From: Octopus vulgaris
Lineage: Eukaryota
Assembly: GCA_951406725.2 (NCBI GenBank)
Contig: OX597832.1
Coordinates: forward strand, 61,504,001-61,568,000
Direction: 5' to 3'
Length of the DNA stretch: 64,000 nt
Shown here: piece after piece, positions 43,535 to 56,045 of the stretch
How the letters are laid out: each line of letters opens with the position of its first letter
How positions within the stretch are numbered: the first letter of the stretch is position 1
Notes under the pieces: generated by a model
What the model saw: the letters and a program-made list of their open reading frames with translations, nothing else
Databases searched by the model: none
What the model was told of the DNA's origin: nothing
Program-made: the position numbers and the translations under genes

Positions 43535-43580
43535 AACACAACGTTTCGGCTGATATACCCACCAGCCTTCATCAGGTGTT
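43535..43580 (-). ncRNA. Minimal type-I hammerhead ribozyme (canonical core), family H3
   Basis: AACAC-CUGAUGA-A-GGCUG-10 nt-CAGCC-GAAA-CG-UU-GUGUU: perfect 5-bp stems I and II, palindromic ACGU stem III, GUU site. Confidence 0.8.
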
Positions 43581-43678
43581 TTGGGGAAATTTCGAACGTG
43601 TGTTCTCATTCCAAAGGTATTTTTCGATGTTATAATAATAATAATAATAATGATAATAATAATTATTATTATTATTAC

Positions 43679-43735
43679 TAACTAGGAATCTTGGGGTTAG
43701 TAGCCCGCGCTCTTAACCACTATGCCAAAGGCCCG
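43679..43735 (-). other. tRNA-like segment (A box, D arm, anticodon arm; T arm truncated)
   Basis: GGGCCTT-TGGCATAGTGGTTAAGAGC-GCGGG-CTACTAA-CCCC-AAGATTCCTAGTT; TGGCATAGTGG fits the pol III A box. Confidence 0.6.
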
Positions 43736-44111
43736 TTGGCAATTATAGAGTGAATTTTAGTGCTTATAAATCTAATATTTTCCTATCCTTCCTTAATACC
43801 GGTTCCCATATGCTTTTCATATCTGCACTCGGTCTGCTTAGGGGGTTGTTGTGTCCTAGCATACGTGCTGCTTTTAGTTTTCGTATTTTCCAGTAGTATT
43901 CTCTGTCTATTATTTTAACTTCATCCCACAGGGAGAGGTGGTCTCCGTTTTTCCATATATGATCAACCATACCCGTTTTATCAATATCTTCTCGTGTCAC
44001 AGCTATGCGATGTTCCTCTACCCTCATCTCTTAAATGTAGAACAGTAATTTTGCTATTCATTTGTTTTTCATTTGGTACAATTTTTGATATAATTTTCTT
44101 TTTATATAGTT

Positions 44112-44296
44112 CTGCCTACAAAAGTCACAAGAACTCCTTGGGAGAGAGGCTCGTTGTTTACACCGACCGCAGTGCACAATTGGTACTTTAATTTATTGAT
44201 CCCGAAACGGTAAAAGGAAAAACCGACTTCGATGGGAATTGAACTAAGAACGTAAAGCTGGAGGAAGTGCCATTCTGCATTCTGCCAACTCGCGAT
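44112..44296 (-). mobile_element. SINE family A, degenerate
   Basis: tggtactttaatttattgatcccgaaacgg...ttctgccaactcgc. Confidence 0.65.
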
Positions 44297-45080
44297 TTTA
44301 ATTTTCTTTTAATTTAATCTCAGTAGTTAAAGAGAGACGATTAACTCTTTGTGAATATTTTACACGATTAAGGAAGATTGGATAGTCGCATCTAGATTGC
44401 TGATCGAACGATAAATTCTCAGAAAGATAAATATTTTACTCGGTAATTTTGAAGGGTGAGAGTAGTACCATTTATAGAGGAATCCGACTTAATAATCCCA
44501 TGAAAACCTAAGGTGTTTAAGAACACCGTCAACATTTTCATAAACCCTCCACACCAAATAATAATCTAGAAAAATTATCGACTTCAGGGAAGAAATAGCA
44601 CTGACAGGAACCGCAGCAATTAAGAAGCATTGATACATTCCCAAAGTCAAGAGCTCTACAGAAAATAAATGTTAGACATATTGTAAACAAGATGCATCTT
44701 TTGTTTCAATTCTACAATTTGAAACAAATAACATTAAAAGTATTATTTTTTATTGTTGTCATCGCCCATGTAATACATGTAGGAATTATCAAAGAAAAAT
44801 TCTTACTAACAGATGTCTACATCCAGAACCAATTCAAATTTAAGTCAAATAAGAGGAGAAAATTCCAGTTAGAATAGAGTTGGTGGTCTTATAACATACA
44901 TAAAATCTTGCATTCAATCTAAAGATATCCCGATTATGGATTGTAATATATCGAAATAATCGGTTACAGCCTGTTACTTCTGTCTATTTTATACATTCAT
45001 ACATAGAAACGCTTCAGTAATGTAACCATACACGCGCTGTTGGCGATTTGTTTTCCTTGTTTGGATATTTCTCTTCCTCC

Positions 45081-45113
45081 TTTCCGACGAAGAGCTATGC
45101 TCGAACCGTCAAA
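45081..45113 (+). ncRNA. Degenerate hammerhead-like motif in an H1-related repeat (about 45030-45200)
   Basis: UUU-CCGACGA-A-GAGC-UAU-GCUC-GAAC-CG-UC-AAA; U4C and A15.1C substitutions. Confidence 0.45.
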
Positions 45114-45240
45114 CTCTTTCTTTTCACCAGGTTTTAAGCTAGTACATTCCTTGGGCATGTCCTTTTTCTGTCCGTTATTATTATTTTTTTTCTGTAATTG
45201 ATCTTTTATTTGAATTGACTACAGGTATATTCAGTCAATG

Positions 45241-45277
<37 letters not shown>

Positions 45278-45627
45278 TATAATATAAATAATATATAAAT
45301 ACATTCATATATATATACATATATGTACATACCTACATATATATATATGTATATATACATACATATATGGGTACAGGAGATAAAAAAACAGAATGAGAAA
45401 TGAGAAGATAAAAAACAGAGAAACGAAACATGCAACATAAGGGACATTCGCTTCATCAGTTGTACCCTGTTTTATCTACTCTGCGTTTGGAAGGAAAGGA
45501 CATATATATATTTATTTTATTGTTTCACTAGCTTGGCATGTCCTAGTTACAGCATTGTCCTAAACTCTATGAGAGTAGAGACTCTAATGGACTCAACTAC
45601 GCTTCGTTTTCAAATAGTACAGGCAAT

Positions 45628-45789
45628 AGTATGGCTGTGTGGTAAGAAGCTTGATTCCCAACCACATGGTTCCTAGTTCAGTCCCACTGCATGACAACTT
45701 GGGCAAGTATCTTCTGCTATAGTCTCGGGCCGACCAAAGCCTTGTGAGTGGATTTGGTAGATGGAAACTGAAAGAAGCCCGTCGTGTAT

Positions 45790-45878
<89 letters not shown>

Positions 45879-46062
45879 TTCGCGTAGGTGTTTGTTTACC
45901 CTACCATCACATGACAACCGATGTTGGTGTGTTTATGTCTCCGAAATTTAGCGGTTCGGCCTAATAGACCGATAGAATAAGCACTAGGCTAACAAAGAAT
46001 AAGTCCCGGGATCGAGTTCTTCGACTAAAGGTGGTGCTCCAGCATGGCCACAGTCAAATGAT
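45628..46062 (+). mobile_element. SINE family B, near full length
   Basis: TGGCTGTGTGGTAAG A box, AGTTCAGTCCC B-box-like, TTGGGCAAGT CORE-like, internal microsatellite, GGTGCTCCAGCATGGCC tail. Confidence 0.9.
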
Positions 46063-46199
46063 GACACATGAAGAAGAGTAATGAGTATATGGAGAGACCT
46101 GTCGTAGCACGTTCTATCATCGCAGCTAGATTTCCTCTACATTCTAAACAATCAGCATCACCTCACTTCACTATTTATTTGATATTACCTTTTTTTCCT

Positions 46200-46690
46200 T
46201 AGATACCTTTCCCAAATTTCTTGAGCTGCCCTAGCAATGACCATCACAAGACATTCCTACATCAATAAGGAAGCAAATTCGAAATAATTTTGCAACGTTC
46301 AAGAAGCAACAACGGAACGAATCGCATCAAGAAACAGAATGATAGACACGGCACTACGTAGATAAAACGAAATAATTACAGACATATCTAAAAGAAAAAA
46401 ATGGAAAGCAAGAATATTCCCCCACAAAGCAACATAAAACTACAGCCTCCACCCGACAGTTACATATCAGAAATAACCGACCTCATAAAAAGTAGAGACA
46501 GCCACAAACACAATACATCAAAACCACACACAACTGAAATAAAACTCAACATCAAACAAACTAAACAAGGAAATAAGAAAAAATAGAAAAAAAATTAATA
46601 AACCATTGGAAAACAGAAAACTGGCAAACGTTTGCATCCAATATAAATCATAAAAACTAACTGTACAGTACTGTGGAGTGTTATTAGCTT
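46200..46690 (+). pseudogene. Highly degraded LINE ORF2 (EN-RT linker) fragment, I/Jockey-like
   Basis: A-rich; frameshifted EITDLIKSRD...WQTFASNINHK/NCTVLWSVI resembles the WxxFxxxLN..LW linker motif. Confidence 0.4.
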
Positions 46691-46839
46691 CGACGTCATC
46701 ATCTTCATCATCAGCACCAGCCCCATCGCCAACACCATTACCAACGCCACAATCACCACCACCACTACCAACAACAACATGTCTATATTACTGCCATATT
46801 GTAAAGTCTAGCAAACGCCCTTTTCAGACATATCTCGAA

Positions 46840-47232
46840 TAGGCGCAGGCATGTGTGTCTGGTTAAGAAACTAGTTTGCTTTTTAGTTACATGGTTTCGG
46901 GTTCACTCCGACTGTACCGCACCTGCGGCAAACGTCTCCTGGTATAACCCCTGTGCGACTTATGAATACCCCGTGAGTGAATGTAGTAGGAGAAAACTGT
47001 GCGGAAACCCGTCGTTTTTACACACACGCACGCACGCACACACACATATATGTATATGTGTGTGCCTTAGTGTTTGTATTTGCTCCACCACCACCACCAC
47101 CACCACCACCACCACAACTTCAAAACCGGATTTTGTTTGTTTACGTTCACGTAACTTAGCGGTTCGACAAAATATACGGAATGAATGCGCCATGCCTAAC
47201 AAAATAAATATTGATGTTGTTTCATTCAACTA
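46840..47232 (+). mobile_element. SINE family B, diverged
   Basis: aggcgcaggcatg head; cacgtaacttagcggttcg block; internal (CA)/(CAC) repeat. Confidence 0.7.
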
Positions 47233-47332
47233 AACATACTGAAAATGAGAGAGGGAGAAGAGAGGAGAGGAGAGGAGAGAGAGACAGAGAGACAGAGATA
47301 GAGATTGATTGATAAATTGGTTGATAAAACAT

Positions 47333-47391
<59 letters not shown>

Positions 47392-47433
47392 GTAGAATGA
47401 CAGTAGATAGATCGATCGATCGATCGATCGATC

Positions 47434-47480
<47 letters not shown>

Positions 47481-47623
47481 TCGTATGTATGAATTTCCAG
47501 AAATGTTTTACACAATACAAGAAAAAAAACAGGTACCATTAAATACAATGAAATCCATTGCTATTATGTTAAAGTGTCGTATGTCCAAATTTGGCCAAAT
47601 GTGTTGTTTTCAATATTTATTTT

Positions 47624-47830
47624 TGGCAGAAGCGTTAGCACGTCGGGCGAAATGCTTAGCGTTATTCTATCTCTCTTTATATTCTGAGTTCAAATTCCGC
47701 CGAGGTCGACTTTGCTATTCATCCTTTCGGGGTCGATAAATTAAGTACCAGCTCCGTACTGGGGTCGATCTAATCGACTGGCCTCCTCCTCCAAAATTTT
47801 CGAACCTTGTACCTAGAGCAGAAAAGGATA
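47624..47830 (+). mobile_element. SINE family A
   Basis: ttctgagttcaaattccgccgaggtcgactttgc...catcctttcggggtcgataaattaagtaccag. Confidence 0.88.
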
Positions 47831-48846
47831 TTATTTTTGCTTGCAATAGTCGGTTCTTTTGGTCAAACTATCGTATCTCCAGCTACTTCAGATGCCAAGA
47901 TATTGAAAAATCATCAAAGTGTAGTACAGCAGTTTTGCTAGGGAATGGTGAAAGTATTTTTTCGTTTTTTTGAAAAGCAACGTTTCGGACTTACGACACT
48001 TTTGCATTTTTCTAAAACGCTTTTACTTACAATTTCTGAAAATTTTGCCTGGAACAGAAAACCAAAAAACAATTTCTGAAGATGTGATTTCCACTCCTTC
48101 CCATATAGAAAGAAAAAAAACTTCTCCCACCAAAATTTAAAAAGCTACAACTACACACTCCCTGCTACGCAGGAATAGGATGTAGTGGATTTCTGAAATC
48201 TAAGTTGAAGAATTCATTTCTACATGATGAGTATTAGAAAAAGACATCTCTTCTTCGTTGGTAAATAGAACTAAGTGCGTTTATTAATGCAGCTACGAAC
48301 TAAACAAAGTTATGCTTCTCTCGCACTGTCGTCACATTTTCTTTCACAGCATGTATCTAGTGCTCACCGCTGTTTGAATATGGGCGTTCGGATCTTCTGG
48401 ATGGAATAAGGAACTTCGGTGGCGAATGATCTACAACTTCCTGTGAATATCCTATTTCCTAATGTCTCTAATATGACGTAAGCATGTATCAGTCAAGTAT
48501 AGGATTAGATCCATCCTTTTTCTCACCACAAGCCAAATACATACACCCAACACTCAAAACAAAACATGCAGATTCTGAATCATGTACTTGACGCCATACT
48601 ATTAAGCCCTTAAGTACAGTATTCAAAATTTGATACTGCCATATTAGAGCCACCTCAATTTCAGCAGGGGCATATTCAGCAAAAGGTTGGGGACTTTTAT
48701 GAATTAACGCTTGATATATTTCAAGGTATTTAGAGCTGCCTGCAGAGTAGGGGTCGATAAAATAAATTGTTGAACACTGGAGTTGATATAATCGACTTAA
48801 CCCCTTCACCGAAATCGCTGGCCTGGAGCTAAAATTTAAAACCATG

Positions 48847-48914
<68 letters not shown>

Positions 48915-48915
<1 letters not shown>

Positions 48916-49467
48916 GAGTGATAGAGCAGTGCATGTCATCAAAGGGACACTGGGGTATAATATACGAAGCCCAGTATACCCACCATGACTACCCGTCTGA
49001 TAAGGGTACACTAGTCACATGCATCACAACCATATGTGCGCGACATGGGAATCTCATATCAAGATAAACGGCACATGGCCTTGTAGGTGGGGCTCTGTTA
49101 GAATTTTCTTCGTGTAACCCATCCCGCTGAAAAGGTCCCTGAATAAGGGTTGTTTAAGGATGATGAACGAAATACCCATGTTTCCAGAGGTGAATTATTC
49201 AAACCCCAAAGAATTCCTCTCAACACATGGCTATGATGCTCGCCCATTACTTCTGCTCGTGATCAGAGAGGCATATATCGTCAGCCACTAAGGGACATGC
49301 TCAACTGGTTAAGGTCAAACAACTGACAAGTAAATCTGTGGTATTGAGCAGAATATTTGCTGTAGCCCATCTTTTATACCAAGACGAAACAATGTACATG
49401 ATAACACTTACAATCAGTTAAGATCAGAAGCCACGAGAGCCACTGCCTGGTACTTCATCAGGGCATT
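48915..49467 (-). mobile_element. Family D element, flanked by (ATT)n on both sides
   Basis: Reverse complement of 27595-28139. Confidence 0.85.
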
Positions 49468-49494
49468 TATTATTATTATTGTTATTATTATTAC

Positions 49495-49572
<78 letters not shown>

Positions 49573-49634
49573 TACTTATTATTATTATCATTATCATTAT
49601 TATTATTATCATTATCATTATAATTATTATTATT

Positions 49635-49940
49635 AATACAGTTCTATATTTAAGTGATGAGGATTTATGCACATTATTAACATTATTTTCATTTGACGCA
49701 TATTTCTCTTCATCTTTGTTGTTAACACAACGTTTCGGCTGATATACCCTCCAGTTTTCTTCAGGTGTCTTGAGGAATAATAATAACATCGAAAAATACC
49801 TTAGGTTCGAAATTTCCCCAAGATACCTGATGAAGGCTGGTGGGTATATGAACCGAAACCTTGTGTTAACAACAAACAAGATGAGGACAAATATCCGTTA
49901 AATGTAAATAATGTAAATAATGTAATTAATGTACATAATA
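49635..49940. mobile_element. Inverted pair of family H3 Penelope pLTRs, each with a hammerhead motif (49724-49769 minus, 49822-49867 plus)
   Basis: Both arms are homologous to 43470-43630; cores CUGAAGA and CUGAUGA; stem II partly mutated in both. Confidence 0.8.
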
Positions 49941-49958
49941 GTAATTATTATGATTATT

Positions 49959-50375
49959 AAGACGGAGAGGTGGCAGAATTGTTAGCGCGCCGGACTTAAT
50001 GCTTATGAGTATCACTTCCGGCTTCAAATTCAAAGTCGAAATCGACTTTGCCTTTCATCAGTTTTGGGTCGATAAAATATCGAGTCCATATAATCGACTT
50101 AATCCCTCCTAAATTTCAGACCATGTACCTATAATAGAAAAGATTGTTATTATTATTATTGTTGTTGTTGAGCTGGCAGAGTGGGTAGCACACCGGGCGA
50201 AATGCTTAGCGCCATTTCGTCTGTCTTTACGCCAAAATTCAAATTCCGCCGAGGTCGACTTTGCATTTCATCCTTTCGGGGCCGATAAATTAAGTACCAG
50301 TTATGTACTGGGGTTGATCTCATCGCCTATCCTCCTACCCCAAAATTTCGAGCCTTATGCCTACAACAGAAGAGA
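49959..50375 (+). mobile_element. Two tandem SINE family A copies
   Basis: Heads at about 49959 and 50169, cores, and tails ending agaa(a)gatt. Confidence 0.82.
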
Positions 50376-50709
50376 TTATTATTCTTGTTATTGTTACGTC
50401 ATTCTTTTCTTCGCAATATGTGGTCTCAGCCCAAAAATAACCGTTTCGCTCTTCAGGAAAAAAGAAAATATGTCTGACTACTAAGTTTCGCTCAGCTAAA
50501 AACTTCCGCCTTTTCCACTCCACCCTAACAACGCCAAAAGCAGCAACAACAATAAAAACGAAGCAAACAGCAAACAATTTCCTTAAGGTATGTAAGAATG
50601 TCATTTTATCTTAAATCAGATATCGGGAAGACGGAGGTTCAGTTATTTTTTAATTGGTAAGTCTGAACTATACATATTAGAATACATATGCATACATACA
50701 TGCTTATAC

Positions 50710-50778
<69 letters not shown>

Positions 50779-50910
50779 TGTGTGTGTGCGTGTGTGTATG
50801 TGTGTGTGTGTGTAGATATATATACATACATGATACATGTATGTATATATAATACGCATCTAGCTACCTGTAGGATAATTCAAAGACGCACGCTCTTTTA
50901 TTAGTACGTT

Positions 50911-50985
<75 letters not shown>

Positions 50986-51457
50986 GGTGAGAGATAAAGT
51001 TTAAGATTTTGCTGTTAATAAATCCGATTTGCTTCTAATTTTTCTGTTTTGTTTGTGTGTGTTCTTTTTTCTTTTTTCTTTTTTTTTTTTTTTTTGCTTC
51101 TTGGTTGGGGTGTAAATTATTTTCCTCATTTAACATTTTAAACGTTTTTGCAGACTTGAAGTGTTACAGCAATTTATTTCCGTGTGGCGGTTTCGAATTC
51201 TAAATTACTTCTATGATTAAACTTGTATTTACATGGTTGTAAACATTAAGTATCTCCGTCTCATGGGTTAACGATAATTATCTGCACTCGTGTTATTTAT
51301 TCAAAATTTCTTCGACGATGATAAGTATTAATATACAAGCATTTTCTTTCAACCTATTTTGGTTGTTCCCAGTTCTTCTGACTGTGGTCGTTTGCATAAA
51401 CCCACATCCCATTGTAGATAAACGCAGAAGTTTATTGCGGCTACTGATGATGTTGCT

Positions 51458-51941
51458 CTTCTTCTTCTTCTTCTTCTTCTTCTTCTTCTTCTTCTTCTTC
51501 TTCTTCTTCTTCTTCTTCTTCTTCTTCTTCTTCTTCTTCTTCCAATCAGGACTCACGTCATTAGCCACAAAGAATAATCTCTAATTCGAGCCTACTCTAA
51601 GCTACTAAGAATGCATGTGGCAACTTGAAAATCCACCCACCACACGCGATAGACTGGCGGTTGCACGCGCGCGAAAGCTACGTTGTTATCCTCATTCCGT
51701 AAACGGTGGCTTTTAACGGGTGGAGAGCTAAACCACCCTACTTCTGCTTTGTGGCAAAAGTAGGAAGAAAAGTGAAAGTTGTGGTGAAAGAGTACAGCGG
51801 AGTTCACCCCCAACCTCGCCGGAACCTCGTGGAGCTTAGGTGCTTTTGCTCAATAAACACTCATAATGCCTGATCTGGGAATCCAAACCGCTTTCTTTCG
51901 ACCGCGGGTCCTCTGTCCTAATCACTGGGCCATTGCGCCTC
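51458..51941 (-). mobile_element. SINE family C (tRNA-Arg-like head), tail type 1 ending in (AAG)n
   Basis: Head GAGGCGCAATGGCCCAGTGATTAGG; shared middle AAGCTCCACGAGG; (CTT)n on the + strand at about 51458-51542. Confidence 0.8.
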
Positions 51942-51946
51942 TATTG

Positions 51947-52330
51947 ATGTTGTTGCTGCTGCTGTTGAGCGAAGTGGTCTTCATCCCAGAGCTCGCAGTG
52001 GGAGAAGTCCGAATCGTGGTTATTTGCTATTCATAAGACCCGCAGAAAAAAAAAGCAGGTCAATCCACGACACCAAGAGCATCGATGGATGAATGCGCAT
52101 CCAGGCTCAGCGGTTGCGTAGGAAGTCGGGGACAAGAAACAGGAAGAAAGAGTGAGAGAAAGTTAGGGCGAAAGAGTATAACAGGGGTCACCACCACTCC
52201 CTGCCGGAGCCTCGTGGAGCTTTAGGTGATTTCGCTCAATAAACACACACAACGCCCGGTCTGGGAATCGAAACTGCGATCCTCCGACCGCGAGTTCGCT
52301 GCCCTAACCACTGGGCCATTGCGCCTCCAC
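51947..52330 (-). mobile_element. SINE family C, tail type 2
   Basis: GGAGGCGCAATGGCCCAGTGGTTAGGGCAGCGAACTCGCGGTCGGAGGATCGCAGTTTCGATTCCC with A and B boxes and a CTCGCG loop. Confidence 0.85.
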
Positions 52331-52817
52331 TGTTTTGCTGCTGTTATAGTTGATGTTCTCGTTGTTGTTGAATAGCCACGATTACCCCATGTTGGCCCTA
52401 ATCCAGAAAAAACGTATAAGCAAATGCGTTCTAGCTGTGACTGTCGGATTTTCTTTCCCGATATAGAATCTCTAAAACTTCGTCTCTCGAATGTCCTTAC
52501 TTTCGAAAGAAAGAGTGGACTTCTATTTCTAGGAATTTGGTTGGACATTTGCAGCTGCGTGGTTTCAAGTTCAATTTTATTGAACGGCACCCTGAGTAGT
52601 ATTTTTTTTTACCTGACACTCAGGATATCATGAGTTCAAATTCCGCTGTGGTACACATTTTGTTTTTCTATTTTGGATAAAAATGCGGTGAATAACAAAC
52701 GTCAGAAACGTTAGATGGACGGATTAAACAATATAGTAGTGCCATTCTGATATCACATTCCGCATTTGATGTCTTTGCACTGCCTCTCTCTGGACGACAA
52801 AAATATTTTACTGGTTA

Positions 52818-52885
<68 letters not shown>

Positions 52886-53382
52886 AGGTCTCCTCGACTT
52901 TTAAACTCCACACAGAAATTTTCACCTTGTGCCTATATTTAGTAAGCAATATTTACTTATGACTGTATATTCTGTCCCGAAAGTCTGCCGAAATCAAGTT
53001 AGCGATGAATTCCATCCCGATTTAGCAAAAGGATTTTAATTAAGTGTCACGTTTTACGTAGTTGGCAGTTCTATTCACATAATTCTATTAATATGGGCTA
53101 ATTCTAAGAAGAAAAAAAAACATGGTGTTAAAATGATTTAATATTCTTTAGTTCACCTTGTTTTCAGGTGCTTTAGTTACTAATGTGATAAAACGGTGGT
53201 TTTCTTTATAATTTTCAATGTTTTTAGTATCAGAAATAACAACAAAATGTTAAACCAGAGTCACAGTCTTTTCACGTCTTGTAAAATTTTGACAAACATG
53301 TCCCCCGCAAATAAGTGTTGTGTGATCGTTCAGCTTAATAATAAATTGTTTTTATATATTACCTAACTTAATGCATATATAT

Positions 53383-53690
53383 CATCATCGTTTAACTTCC
53401 TCTTTCCATGCTGGCATTGCTCGGACGGTTTGGCTCCAATCTGATCTGGTATGGCTTCTACATCTCGATGCTCTCTCTAACGCCAACCACTCCGAGAGTG
53501 TAGTGGGTGCTTTTTACGTGCCACCGGCTTGGGAGCTAGTCAGGCGGCACTGGCACCGGCCAAGACTACGACATCACCTGGTTCAATAGGTCTTCTCAAG
53601 CACAGCATATTGCCGGACGATTGAAAGGGTACTTTTAAACGGGCCAGTTATGCGATGCTGGCATCGGCAACGGCTACGATCTCGCTTGTA
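53383..53690 (-). mobile_element. SINE-like element with an RTE-type 3' tail ending in (GAT)n
   Basis: Reverse complement has GGCGTTAGAGAGAGCATC...TAGAAGCC and GCATGGAAAGAGGAAGTTAAACGATGATG. Confidence 0.55.
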
Positions 53691-53747
53691 TGTGTGTGCA
53701 CCCATATATATATGGGTGCACACACATACATAAGTATATAGGGGCGC

Positions 53748-53803
<56 letters not shown>

Positions 53804-53833
53804 GTATGTGTGTGTGTGTGTGTGCGTGTGTGC

Positions 53834-54128
53834 AGAGGCACATGGCCAAGTGGTTAGACCTGTGGACTCGCGGTCGAGGGATTACGGGTTCGAATCTCAG
53901 ACCGGGCGATATGTGTGTTTATGAGCGAAACACCTAAGCTCTATGCGGCATCGACAGAAGGTAATAGCGAACTTCTGCTGACTCTTTCGCCACAACTTTC
54001 TCTCACTTTTTCCTCCTGCATCTTGCAGCTCACCTGTGACGGACCGGCGTCCCGTCCAGGTGGGGAACCTCTACGCCAAGGAAACGTGGAAAGTGAGCGT
54101 GGCTCGAGAAGGAACAAACAACAACAAG
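53834..54128 (+). mobile_element. SINE family C, tail type 3 ending in (AAC)n
   Basis: TGGCCAAGTGGTTAG A box, GGTTCGAATCT B box, GGACTCGCGGTC loop, 3' block CCTGTGACGGACCGGCGTCCCGTCCAGG. Confidence 0.85.
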
Positions 54129-54136
54129 AATATATA

Positions 54137-54178
<42 letters not shown>

Positions 54179-54669
54179 AATATGTGTATGTGGAGTGTGT
54201 GTGTGTGTGTGTGTAGAAGGGTGGCAACAATCCTTCCATTCAGGTTTGTTGTCAAACATATCCATAGCAAACACACACCGTATAGACATCCGAAACATGT
54301 TGATAAATGCAAAAACAATAAGGTAAAACATTCGCTACATGAAGACATCATTGCCTAACTTTACTGATCCCACTCCGATGGACCTGTAACATATGGGAGC
54401 TTTTTTCTTTTAACATCAGGACCATAATTTTATGGGGGAAGATGCATCCTATTGGATATATTTCGTCACACATATATGCCGCTTGTTTTATGAACACTGA
54501 CCGTATGAAAAGCATTGTAAAGATGTCTCGGGGGGAATTTGAACCTACAACGTTGAGGGATAAATCATAATAAAAGATGTTAGCAAAGAAATCCAGCGTC
54601 GACACGGCTCAACAATTAACATCACTTATCACCGCCTAAACTAGAGTGTATTTACCTGGAAGTGATCAG

Positions 54670-54744
<75 letters not shown>

Positions 54745-54759
54745 TTCTCTCTCTGTCTC

Positions 54760-54837
<78 letters not shown>

Positions 54838-56000
54838 GCTCCGGCATTTCAAACTCCGAGTACTATTATGACAACTAACCGATTGTCAAAAACTATATAT
54901 ATATATATATATATTATGTTGTAAAAGTAGATCTAGTTGCCGAAGAATCATGTAATAACGGAAGATTTATATTTAGCCTTTTGAAGCCAATGATTTGTTT
55001 CAGAGGGCGTGATTTCGTATGATGAATATGTTACTTACGTTCTAACACGTAGTGTTGGCTAATCAGTCTATACACATCTATTGTACGTTAAAGCAATTAA
55101 ACGAAACATTTAATACCAGTAATAAAATGCTTTCAGTATATATATTGCTGCCCCGCCCCCATCCTCATTAATTTCAACCTTTCCGAGATCGACTTTGTTT
55201 TGTTTTTTCCTTATTTTTTTTTCGTTTTTCGTAATTTCAGTGTCATTAAAATAAACACCCATCTCGTACTGACATTATATAAATCTGTTATATATACCCC
55301 ATATGTGTCTGGCCTAGCGCCGAGGTAAAGAAGCCATTATTTACATTACTTTATAAATATATTCCGCATCAAAACAGTTTACAGAGAAGAAAGAGAAGAA
55401 ATTAGATATTTTGATCATCATGTCTTTGACGAATTAATTAGCGACTTCAATGATGTCATTGCTTAATCGCAACTGGCAGGTTCGGTCGAATCTAATATTT
55501 GAGGCGTTTCGCCGCAACAGTTTTTGCGAAATGAGTTTATTTCTGGCACAGATCTTCAAAGGTAAGTTTAGGGAATTGAAGAAATCATTAGTGATGCATC
55601 GCAGTAATCGACTTAGTTATAAATGTAATCAGATGAATTATCTTTTTTTTTAATTGTATACACTCAAACACACACACACACAAACATATATATATATATA
55701 TGAAGTTCGTAATTAATGTAAAAGATACAAAAATGAAGTAGCATTTATGCTGTAGTTTATAAATACAAGGTAGGTATTAGTTCTTGGATATCTGTTTCGC
55801 CGTATCTCGTTTATACAACGGCGCCAATACTGATTACAGGTTTTATTAATTTTCGTATACACATTACGAAGATGTACTTGCATAGCAAGTGACCTGATCT
55901 GAGAACGTGGGCTGGAACGAAAACTATTGCAGTGTGGAAGGTGTTTATAAGCCATTTAAGAAGTACACAAAAACCGTTAGATTCACTTCAACATTTAAAT

Positions 56001-56045
56001 TTAATTTTCGTCGCTTTGAGCCCGCGACCTGTTCACTGACAAAAT
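56001..56045 (-). ncRNA. Hammerhead-like motif with G3-C8 covariant core, 3' arm apparently lost (family H4)
   Basis: UUUGUCA-GUGAACA-G-GUCGC-9 nt-GCGAC-GAAA; perfect 5-bp stem II; no partner for stem I downstream in this copy. Confidence 0.4.

Larger units (their letters stand above)
43470..44035 (-). mobile_element. Penelope-like retroelement 3' end: GIY-YIG C-terminus, tRNA-like segment, (AAT)n and hammerhead pLTR
   Basis: ORF 43764-44027 RVEEHRIAV...KTGMVDHIWKNGDHLSLWDEVKIIDREYYWKIRKLK matches the Penelope endonuclease tail; hammerhead downstream on the same strand. Confidence 0.8.

Noticed and set aside
44480-44660. Possible R4/Dong-like LINE C-terminus (..IALTGTAAI..)
   Set aside because: Too short and degraded to call from sequence alone
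49440-49467. CTGATGA at the end of a family D copy
   Set aside because: The other two copies read (C/A)TGATGC and no GAAA or stems follow
50436-50462. Minus-strand CTGAAGA-GC-GAAA-CGGTT hammerhead-like string
   Set aside because: No stem II, and the flanks cannot form stem I; likely chance
52255-52330. Possible tRNA-Arg gene (also 53834-53910)
   Set aside because: Imperfect cloverleaf that continues into SINE body sequence; these are SINE heads
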